The notes under the pieces are model-generated. The model did not search any database. It saw nothing but the letters and a program-made list of their open reading frames with translations, and had not been told where the DNA came from. Positions 52,511 through 64,000 of a stretch of DNA of 64,000 nt are shown in pieces. This DNA is from the human T2T-CHM13v2.0 reference genome, Homo sapiens. The stretch lies in the NCBI RefSeq assembly GCF_009914755.1, contig NC_060945.1; one strand, given 5' to 3'. The translations under genes were made by a program, and so were the position numbers. Position 1 is the first letter of the stretch; each line of letters opens with the position of its first letter.

Positions 52511-54598
52511 TGAGACCTGACCATCTTAAAAAACACATGCACACAAAACAGGAAGGTTGGGGTCATTCACCCCAAAGGGTAAGGGACTGGTGGGAGTCAA
52601 TCCGTGTGTGTGTTCTGGATGATTCTAGACCCTGACTGTACTTCCAGAGTCTCAGCATGAGCTGTAGTACAGATTTATGCCTAGATTAGTTTTTCTTTAT
52701 TTTCTTTCTTGAACAAGAAATGGTTCACCTGATACACCGCTCTCATCCTCTTCTTCCCTCCCGTGTTCCTGTGCTTCCTATCAGCACGCACTGTCCTTTC
52801 CCTGTGGGCGGTAGTCACACCCCCAAAGACCTGGACAACCTAGGGAACAGGAGCCAGTGAGTCTAGACCTCAGAGTCCTGAGAACGACACAGAAAACAAG
52901 TCTGCAGTGTGCTGCATGCCTCTGCCGTGTGGGGCAGTCAACCATATTATTCTTCAGTTAATGGAATTTTCTTTCTCCTCTAAGTAGGAAAACACCAGTA
53001 GCTCAGATGCCACCCACTGCAGTAGTTGATAAAACACTCAAAGAAAAGGAAGCAGGGAGAAAGAGGAAAATCTCCCTGGATCTGTTTTGTTTTGTTTTTT
53101 CTTTTACTTTTTCTTTTTCTTTCTTTCTTTTTTTTTTTGGTGGGCAGTGAGGTGGGGGTTCCTGGGTGGGGTGTAGCAGGGAGCCGTTTTGTTATTTTTG
53201 CTTTTTTTTTCGCCTAAAGAAAATTTGCCAGGTCCCCTTCCAATTCTGATCCCACTAGATTCCAGAAGTCTTCTGAGGTTAAGCTCAAGGACAAAGAGAT
53301 GGTTGTTTTCCAGGTGCAATTTTGGTGAGCCAAGCTTTGACTCCCGAAAGAGGGTCTGGAATTTGGAAATCAGCTGGTTTGTCCCCTCTTGCCCCCCAGA
53401 TTTCTCAAACTTGTTCAGATCATAGATCTCTCAAAACAAAATGGCTTATCAGCTCCTCTCATCTCCTTCCGTTTATAACACCTGCGTAGTAATACCTTGC
53501 ATAGCTCACTAAGCACACCTCCTTCCATATGAGCTGTGTTATATTGTGGTACATCATTTGGAACTGCTGAGTCTATATGGAAATCCTGATGTACTCTCGT
53601 AGACCACTAGCCACACTGAGAGTGTTGGAAACTAAAGACCCCAGGTGTCCTTTGGAGCCAAGGACAGTTGTCTTGTACAAGATCAGTGGGGCTGGACCCA
53701 TCCATTTGTGAGTCCTGAAGTCGAGCTCAATGATATTGTCTTTTGCAGTGACTGAACGGGCTCCCATGCCAGGCCTGGCTGGATGTTGGCCTGGGAGCCC
53801 TCTTTGCGCACGGTGGTACAAGTCCTCTCCCTGCTGTGCAGAACTAAGAGCTCTGGAATGTGGGCACAGCATGTGGTATAGGCACATGCCTGGTCCTCTG
53901 CAGGTTTAGAACAAGTTTGCACAGACATGGAGACCTCATGGGAGGGACAGTGCATTGCTTTGCAAAGGAAATTATTTGGACAAGCCCTCAGCTTTCATGC
54001 CAAGCAAGAGGTAGAACTACTCAGTTAACCCACCTTGGCATGAAAGTGCTGCCCTGGGTGTAAAGGAGACTTTTCTCCCAGGTATCCTTCTATATTGGAC
54101 TCATACCAGCCCCAGACATTTGTTGTGCCAGGCATGACAATACATGCTTGACCTACGTCATCACTTTATCTTGTCACCGTACTTGGAAGGGAGGTGCAGA
54201 AACAGCAGCGCAACTTCTTCCAAGTGCCTACATTTCCCCATCGCCTTCCAAGCTAGGCATCCAGAGAATCTGCACCCTGTGGTTCCGGGATATGACAGCA
54301 GCAGGGTGTATGGGCATGGGCTTGTCCTCTCAGGTTGAGCCAGTTTGCACAGGTGTCAACACCCCATGGGTACCATGGTGCAGCCTAGCATCATGAAAAG
54401 AACAGGACATTTGGGTAAAATGATAAGAATGTGAATGTGAATCCCGGGCAGTGGTGAGGATCAAAGGTCAAAGGGGACCGTGAGAATGAAGGTGCTTTGT
54501 CAACTGTCGAGGGGCATACAGATACGGATGATTCTTGCTCTTGGTTGGGAAGGTAACACTCATTCAGGCAACATGAGAGTACTCGTCTTTAGCAGAAA

Positions 54599-55285
54599 AT
54601 GGTACCCAGTGAGATTAGCACCCAGCAAGGTGGGTGGTATACAGAGAGGTGGTCGTACTAATGTGGAGGCTGGTTCCCATTGACGAGGTGGGGACTCAGT
54701 GAGGAGATTGTTACTCAGGAAGGAGGATGGTACCCAGTGGGGAGGATGCGCCCAAGGGGGAGGGTGTGCTCAGCAGGGAGGTTGGTATCCAGGGAGGATG
54801 ATGGTACCCAGTGGGAAAATTAGTACTCACTGGGGAGACTAGCACCCATTGGTGAGGTTGTACCCATTGGAAAGATTGGTACCAGGGGGAAGGTTTTACC
54901 CAGGAGGAAGGTTGTACCCATTGGAGAGACTGGTACCAGGGGGAAGGTTTTACCCAGGGGGAAGGCTGTACCCATTGGAGAGACTGGTACCAGGGGGAAG
55001 GTTTTACCCAGGGGGAAGGCTGTACCCATTGGAGAGACTGGTACCAGGGGGGAGGTTTTACCTAGGGTGAAGGCTGTACCCATTGGAGAGACTGGTACCA
55101 GAGGAAGGTTTTCCTCAGGGGGGAGTTTGTACCCTACTGGGGAGATTGGTACCAGTGGGGAGGTGGCACCCGGGGGGAGCTTGGTACCCAGTAGGGAGTT
55201 TGCTGCACACTGGGAGACTGGTACCCAGTAGGAAGGTTGTAACCAGCGGGGAGGTTGGACCTAGTAAGGAGTTTGGACCTTGGAG
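54599..55285. repeat. G-rich minisatellite: ~18-bp monomers with a 54-bp higher-order core (54857-~55110)
   Basis: 54-bp units start at 54857, 54911, 54965, 55019 and 55073; degenerate ggtacccagt-gg-ag monomers on both flanks. Confidence 0.93.
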
Positions 55286-56857
55286 AGTCTCATCACCTGA
55301 TTTAGGCTGTGAAGCGGACTACGGGCAGAGGTCAAATAAGATAGAGGTGACTTGTGCAATTTTTCACATTTAAATAAAAAAGCAGAGGCATGGACAAATC
55401 TTCAGTACCCTGCCCACGTTAGATGTTTTAGAGCATCCATTTATCCATGTTGGTTTTAGATTTCTGCCCAAGGAAGCCTAAAGTCAACATTACTGTGATC
55501 AAATGGAGCTCACATTTCTCCTGCCTGGAAATACCTATAATTCCTTAAAACAATGTTTCAATTTACCACAAGTCTGGTGGCATTTCAAAGTGTAATAAAA
55601 AACCCACCATCCTTTTCCTGCCTCCCACTCTTGGTGTTCTGGAGAAGACTGCGGAACACACACGGACTTTCAATCAAGGGGAGACGGCTCTTCCTCTGTT
55701 TTGTGTACCTTTGTCTTTCCTGGAGTAGAGTGCTGTGATAAACCTACAGATGCCGGTGACTCAGGCTGGGTCATGGGAAGAAGTGGGCGAGTCGGAGCCA
55801 GATGAATTTGTGGCGTGCTTTCCTATCCAGCTGACATGTTGCAGAGGTTAAGTATGGTGGAGTTTTAGGCCAATTTGGAGCCATTCATTTACTCAGTGAG
55901 CTTCATCAACCCATCCCTCACCCACCATGTGCCTGCATTTGCACTGGTGTTTGGCAGGTACATCTCGACCTGTTAAAATATTGAACTACTTTCACACTGG
56001 TTGTCAAGTAACCACTGCCTGGATACCTTCCAACCTCCCCAAGGGCTTGTGTCCATTCTAATTGGTTAGTTTCTGTTATTACACTGATTGCTGAATAGTT
56101 GACACCCCAGATTATGGAACAATTAAAACAAATCCTCTCCCAACAAGGGGGTGGCAGATGCCATGCCTTCCTTTCCCTGGAAAATTCCCCATGACTCTTT
56201 CAGGATGCAAGGAGGCCCCAACTGCTATTTTTGTTTAGGTGATTGAGAAAACCAAGTGTGGAGAAGAAACTCCGTTGACGTGATAAAAAGAGCAGAATTA
56301 ATATTTGCTATCTCTTTTTCTGGTGCCAAGAAAGTTACTGGAATAATTCAACCAGATAAAATAAGTAGATATGTGACTTTAAAAAGATGAAGTTTGTACA
56401 ATGAGGCAGATGCCATCTGGCCCAGGAGGAATTTAGTGATGGCGGCATCATTCTCATTAATGTCAGAACTGCCCGGGGTTGTTGTCTATTTGTACAGTCT
56501 AGGGAGATGTTGAAGGCAAAATTCAGAAAGCAATTCTAATTCTGAGGTTTTCAATCCTGAACCCACAGTTGATCACCATAGGCATGCCCATACTGGAAAC
56601 CTCGCATTAGTTTCTGTATTTTTTTCCTGGTGATATGTGATCAATACAAAGTATTTGAATACCTGATGTTACATACTTTCCCCCATCTCAGCCACCACTA
56701 ACCCTTCCCCTCATCCTCCTCAAGGGAACCTTCATTAATGATTTCATGTGCTCCTTTTCTGGCCTTTCTAATGCCTATATATCAACCTATATTTTAATGC
56801 TTAACATATAGTGTCTATAATCTGCTTCTTTTCACTTACTGTATGGCAGACAACTTC

Positions 56858-57262
56858 TGTAGCAGATGATATGGTGTGCTCTCAGATGCTGCTTCAGAGT
56901 GAAGGCACTCATTCCCCGGCTGTCAGGAAGCTGACTGGTGATGGGTCACAGGTAAGCCCTTTCTCAGGATTTGCCATTGGCAAGGTTACACCTTCTCTCC
57001 AGAGGACAATTCACATCCAATGTTTGGCCAATGTGGAGCATAGAGGCTCAGTCTTCCCTCTGAGAAGCTCCCCAGCTCCAGAGTTTCCTGTGGGATCGGC
57101 TGAGACCCCCCGTTCCACCTGCATCTCAGTTTGACTTCTCTTTCTGTCCCCTCTTGCTGCCCTCATTCCCTCAGGTATTCATTGTAACTGAAGGCCTTTC
57201 CCAGTAAAATGCCAGCCCACAAACCTCCAACTCAGATGTTCCCCAGGAATCAGTCTAACACA
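56858..57262 (+). mobile_element. LTR16C-like ERVL solo LTR
   Basis: tgtagcagatg..tggtgtgc..cagat..cttcag..aggcactcattcccc start. Confidence 0.75.
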
Positions 57263-57462
57263 ATGCTCATCATGTTGACATCTTCAAGCATTCCACTATA
57301 TAGAATCTAACAAACAATATGTTGAGTCTCATTCCTATAATCATGTTTGATATTTTCTGTTTATTATTCTTTCTTGTTTCTTTCTAATTTTTAATGGATT
57401 TAATTTTGTTTCATTTTAACAGATTAATAGTTTCCTTTGTATTTCTTTTCCTCCTGGATCAA

Positions 57463-57975
57463 CCCTGTTCAACAGAAGTATATCAAGGCCACATTTGTGA
57501 TTTAAACTTTTCTAGCAGCCATGAAGGCATGACTCATTGGGGATCATCTTAGAATCCTGCTTACCACACACGTTAAAAAAGGTTTAAAGAAGCAAAATTA
57601 GTTTTAAAAAAATGCGTTGTTATTATTTTATAGAGACAGGGTCTCACTATGTTTCCTAGGCTGGTCTCAAACTCCTGGGCTCAAGCAATCCTCCTGCCTC
57701 AGCTTCCCAAAGTGCTGAGATACAGTGTGAGCTACTGCATCAGGCTCCAGATTAATTTTAACAATACATTTTACTGGATCTAATATAACCAGAATATTAT
57801 CATTTCAAAATATATTTGGAGTAAAAATGATTATGGATATATATATAGAGAGAGTGTATTTTGAAAGCCAGTGTGTGTTTTATACTTAGAGCACGTCTCA
57901 GTTCGCACCAGCCACATTTCAAGGGTTTGACAGCCACGTGTACTAGTAGTGGCTGCTGCACTACACGGTGCACTT
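57463..57975 (-). mobile_element. MER33-like element with a FLAM-type Alu monomer (~57620-57747)
   Basis: ttttctagcagcca; gtgtgttttatacttagagcacgtctcagtt..ccagccacatttcaag. Confidence 0.75.
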
Positions 57976-60204
57976 CTAGAGGGTTCAAAGTTTCCATTAA
58001 AATTGTATTCTAGGACACCAGCCAAAATGGCAAATAAGGATCTCCGAAAATTCCCTCCTCCATAAAAGCAACAAGAACATTATCAAAAAATGTCAGAATC
58101 AACGTTTTCAGAACTTTGGAAATTAACCAAAGGCTTGCAGCAATCTGGGAAACATTTATTTAAGAAAACAGCAGAATCTTGGTAAGAACAGGGAGCTTTG
58201 TGGCACTTTAACTTGCCGTATTCCCATCCCCACCCTCCCCAGCACCACATTAGCTGTGAAATCCAACAGCCTGCAAAACAACCTGTGACCACAGGGGAAA
58301 GTCCGGCAGTCACTGGAAGGGCTTAGAGCTCCTCAAGGCCCATTCTCGGAGAATTGTCATTATTTGACCTCTCTGGTCACACTACTTGCAAGGCTGTTTT
58401 TATTTGAGCTGACTTAGAGCTCATCCAGCACAAATAAAAGCAGCCTTGAGAGTAGGGTCAATTATTGAACCTCACAGCTGACTGAGGTAGTGGATAACAA
58501 GTGGGATAGATAATGTGCTAACCAAAAAACATAAAAGAAAAAGCAGAGGAATGGGATGTCCTTGGAGAGAGTGGGCGCTTTAAAAAGTTCTAACAATATT
58601 CCTGGGAATATAGAAAGCCATACAAATGTTTAGGGCTGTGTGGACACCCAGTGCTGTGTGTGTGCCCAGGAAATATCCAAGAAGACCCTGGCTCTCACCT
58701 CTGGCCAACCTTGAGCCTCTGCTGAAGCAGGAAGTGAAGGCTAAGATGGAGCTGTAAGGTGCTTGGCTGAATGCTGAAGGAAACACACGCAGAACTTCTT
58801 GGTAAAGACTGAGAGTCTTATTGGTTCCAGTCATCTAAGGAAGTCTTTGTTGAATCATTAAATGACCACTAAGCTAACTGGTCGAGACTCACTGGCCACA
58901 CAAAACAAAGAATATACCTTTATAGAATTAGTTCAGGAAAGTCACCAACCATCCAACCAAACAATACCAATTAAATAGTAACAACAACAAACCCAGGGCA
59001 AAATCTGATTTCCAGAGTTGCTATGTTATATTGTTTTAAAAGTCTAGTTTTTACCAAAAATTATGAAACACGCCAAGAAACAAGAGAGTCTGTCTCATAT
59101 GCAGGGAAAAAGACACTCAATAGAAACTGTCCCCAAGAGGGCACAGACACTGGATTTTCTATACAAAGACTTAAATCAACTATGTTAAATATGTTTTAAA
59201 AACCCTAAAAAACTAAAGGAAACCGTGGCTATACAGGGAAAAATGTCTCATATACAGAAACTCCTAAGGAATCCACAAAACACAAGATCAATATACAAAA
59301 ATCAATTTTGTTTCCGTAAGCTAGCAGTGAACAACACAAAAATGAAATTAAGAAAAACAATTCCACTTAGTATCCAAAAATGTTTAGGAATAAATTTAAT
59401 GAAAGAAGTGTAAGACTTTTAACTGAAAACTCTCAAACATTGGTGAAAGAAATTAAAGAAGACCTACATAAATGGAAAGACATTCCTGTGTTCATGGACT
59501 GGAAAATGGCAATTTTCTCCAAATTGAAATCACTATAAAAATTCCAGATGCTGGGCTTTTTTTTTGTTTTGTTTTGTTTTAGAAATTGAGAAGCTGATTC
59601 TAAAATTCATATATAAATTCAAGGGATCCACAATAGCTAAAACAATCCTGAAAAAGAATAACAAAATTGGAGGACTCACATTTCCCAGTTTCAAAACATA
59701 AGCTACAGTAATCAAGACTGTGTGGTTCTGACCTAAGGATAGACATAGACAATGGAATAGAATTAAAAGTCCAGAAATAAACCCATATATTTATAGTCAA
59801 TTGATTTTCAACAATAGTGCCAGGACATTCAATGGGGGGAAAATAGTCTTTTCAACAACTGGTGCTGAGATAACTGGATATCCACATGCACAAAAGAAGA
59901 AATTGGATCCCTTACCTTACACCATATACAAAATTTAACTCAAAATGGATCAAAGACTTTGCTGTAAGACTCTTAGGAGAGAGCATAGATGTAAATAATC
60001 ATTACCTTTAATTAAGCAAGTTTCTTGGCTATGACACTAAAAGCATAAGCAATCAAAGAAAAAATAGATAAATTGGACTTCATCAAAATTTTAAAAATCT
60101 GTGCTTCAAAGTACACGATCAAGAAAGGAAAAAGACAAGTCACAGAGTGGGAGGAAATATTGTTGAATCACATGTCTGATAAGGGTCTAGTATCCAGAAT
60201 ATAT

Positions 60205-60806
60205 TGTTGGGGCTCAGAAAACATTACCCCCAAATAGGACACTTTGACATGAAGCAACCTCGAGGTCTCTCTGACCTCCCTGGTCCCTGCACCCGACTAT
60301 TCCTCTGTCTCTCTCAAAGCACAGAATGTAGTTGTTCACTGAAATTCCCTTATCTACCTAGACACTGAACCTACTAAAGAGAAACACAATTGCCTTCCCT
60401 GAAATTTAACTAGAGAAGAATAAACTCATAACACAGAGGAAGAGATTGAAAATTAAACACCAGACAAACTTTGTCCCAAACCACTGTCTTCTCTCTGTCC
60501 CATTCAATTTCCAAAGAAAACTATTTACTAACCATTGTCTGAGCATTAGACCCATTCATTTCCCCTAAAAATCATTTACTATCCCTCAAATCAGCCACAT
60601 TTCCCCATGTTCTTTTTCCCTATGAAGAAGAATATATAAGCATGTGTATCCCTTTGGGTTACTGGGTAATTATTCTCCTGCAATTCCAATGTGATGTGTT
60701 AAAATAAATCTGTATGCTTTTTTCTTCTATTAATCTGCCTTTGTCAGTTTATTTTCAGCAAACCTTCAGAGGGTGATGGGGGAAGAGTTCTCTTCTTCCC
60801 CCTATA
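60205..60806 (+). mobile_element. MER39-like ERV1 solo LTR
   Basis: tgttggggctcagaaaac start; aataaa near the end; 4-bp TSD atat. Confidence 0.82.
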
Positions 60807-61449
60807 ATATAAAGGACTATTACAACTCAACAATTAAAAGACAACCCAGATTAAAAGTGGGCACTATAGTCGAATACATATTTTTCCAGTAAAGATATAC
60901 AAATGGCTAATGAGCACATGAATAGATGCTCCATATCATTAGTCACAGGGAACTGGAAGTTAAAACCACAGTGAGATATCATGTCACATTCACTAGAATG
61001 ACTATTATCAAAGACAGTCAATAACAAGTGTTGCCAATATGGAGAAGCTGAACCCTCCATACATTACTGGTAGGAATAGAAAACTGTGAAGCTGCTTTGG
61101 GAAAGAGTTTGACAGTTCCTCAAAAAGTTAAACATAGAGTTTTCATGTGACTCAGTTGTTCCACTCCTAGGTACATACTCAAAAGAAATGACATTTGCCC
61201 ACAAGAAACCTTGTATGTGAATGTTCATAGCAGCATTATTCATAATAGCTAGAAAATAAAAACAATCCAAATGTCCATCAACTAGTGAACAGATAAACAA
61301 AAGGTGGTGTACCTATCTAATGGAATACTTTTCAGCCATAAAAAGGAATGAAATACTGATTCATGATACAACAGGAATGCACCTTAAAAACACTGTGCTA
61401 AATTAAAGAAGCCAGACATCAACAGCCACATACTGTATGATTCCATTTA

Positions 61450-61792
61450 CAGTAGCCCCCCCTTTTCTGCATTCCAAGATCCCCACTGGATGCCTGGAAC
61501 TACAGATAGTACCCAACCCTATGTATACGATGTTTTTCAATCTGATAACCAAGATGGCTACTAAGTGACTAACAAGCAGGTAGTGTATGCAGTATGGATA
61601 TGCTGGACCAAGGATGATTCACATCCCAGGTGGGACAGCACAAAATTTCATCATGCTACTCAGAATGGCGTGCAATGTAAAGCATATGAATTCTTTACTT
61701 CTGGAATTTTCTACTTAATATTTTCTGATCATGATTGACCATGGGTAACTGAAACTACAGAAAATGGAAAGTGCGGATAACGGGAACTATTG
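61450..61792 (-). mobile_element. MER44A (Tigger7-derived)
   Basis: cagtagccccccctt terminus flanked by TA; ggctactaagtgactaac; catgctactcagaatggcgtgcaa. Confidence 0.88.
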
Positions 61793-62489
61793 TATATAAA
61801 ATGTCTAGAAGAGGCAAATCCATAGATACAGAAAGATTTGTGGCTGCCAGGACCTGGGCGTGGGGAGACAGGAAAATGGGAGATGACTGCTAATGGGTGT
61901 GGAGGTGCTTTCTGCGGCGATTAAAATGAGATAATGATAATGTTTGCACAACTTTGTGAATATATTAAAATGTATTAAATTGTAAACTTTAAAAGGTGAA
62001 TTTTATAGTATATGACTATATCTTAATTTTTAATATGAAGTATTTTTTAAATAAAAGAAAATATTATATTCTATCAGGCATTCTTAAATTTTTAACAAAT
62101 CTATTTTTTATTTCTCTATCGACATCAAGGTTGAAACAGCATATGTAACCCTCCTTCCCTTCTATCATCTCTGCAACGCAAGAAACTTAACATGCTTTCA
62201 TTCTCCTAGTCACCTCTCTACAATCTAGATTTTCTTGTTGATGATGATGATGAAAAGAATCTGTAATTATTACTTGTTGAATGTTAAGTACCATGTATCA
62301 TGTTTATTTTATAAGCATTATCTTATTTTTCCCAAGGTCTTAACTACTACCTCAAACTACCTCTCAGACTGTTTAGGGATTTTTAAAAACATTATGTCTT
62401 CTATTTTAAGCCTCCTTTAAACAATTTTAAATTAAATGGTACAACTACTCTGTCAATGAATTTTTTGTATTGGTTTCTTAAAGCCCCTT

Positions 62490-63650
<1,161 letters not shown>

Positions 63651-64000
63651 AAATTATTATTATAGCTCAGTTTTCTAATCTGTGTAATAGGGATAATAAT
63701 AATAATAATACTTACTCCATGGTGATGTTGGAGTGATTAAATGAGACACTATATCTAGATTTGTTCAGAATAGTACTTGAATCAGAGTAAATCCACAATA
63801 AATGTTGGCTATTATTATTACAATTACACACTGGACTTTTTTCCTTGATGTCTTTATTCTGCTTCTTCTTTCTTAATTTGGTTATTCTTAGAAAGGGTAA
63901 AAAATAATGAATGTTCTATTTTCCTGCATTCCAAGTCTTTTTCTTTGATTATCACATGCTTGACCAATAGTAAATGCTCAATAAATGTGAGCTATCAGGT

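Larger units (their letters stand above)
58013..62059 (+). mobile_element. Internally deleted old L1M retaining 5' and 3' ends, with MER39 and MER44A inserts
   Basis: L1M 5'-type sequence; decayed ORF2 peptides (CLGINLMKEV, IAKTILKKNNKIGGLTFP, WNRIKSPEINP); 3' UTR; probable TSD aaaattgtattcta / aatattatattcta. Confidence 0.85.

Noticed and set aside
53573-53955. Minus-strand ORFs of 104 and 90 aa in unique sequence
   Set aside because: No recognisable domain or exon structure, and the lengths are within chance expectation
54820-55373. Repeat-peptide ORFs over the 54-bp array as a mucin-like exon or CRISPR-like array
   Set aside because: Units are directly tandem with no unique spacers, flanking monomers vary in length and break frame, and I recognise no protein
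59225-61300. L1 ORF2-like peptides as a functional reverse transcriptase
   Set aside because: Multiple stops and frameshifts, a large deletion and an LTR insertion; it is a dead element

Overview
Primate (most likely human) non-coding genomic DNA. I recognise no protein-coding exon, RNA gene or processed pseudogene. The supplied ORFs are explained by Alu, L1, LTR or simple-repeat sequence, or are chance ORFs. A large fraction of the window is interspersed repeat: about 32 Alu units, old L1M and L2 fragments, MaLR/ERV solo LTRs (THE1C x2, MST x2, MLT1, MLT2 x2, LTR8, LTR16C, MER39) and DNA transposon relics (MER5, MER33, MER58A, MER1A, Tigger3, MER44A). Subfamily names come from recalled consensus sequences and need RepeatMasker/Dfam confirmation. 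I see no evidence for a new multi-gene system. The most notable items are: (1) a cluster at 2.6-4.0 kb with a ~120-nt hairpin covering a strong splice acceptor, a GC-type donor 28 nt later, a ~565-bp CA-rich array with ~30 RUNX core motifs and an unusually GC-shifted MLT1C LTR; (2) a 55-bp locally templated insertion in an old L1; (3) a very young AluY with 3 of 5 Ya5 diagnostic changes, nested in an older Alu; (4) a minisatellite with 54-bp higher-order units built from 18-bp monomers; (5) several candidate enhancer or promoter motif clusters in repeat-free stretches. The locus or host gene cannot be named from sequence alone.
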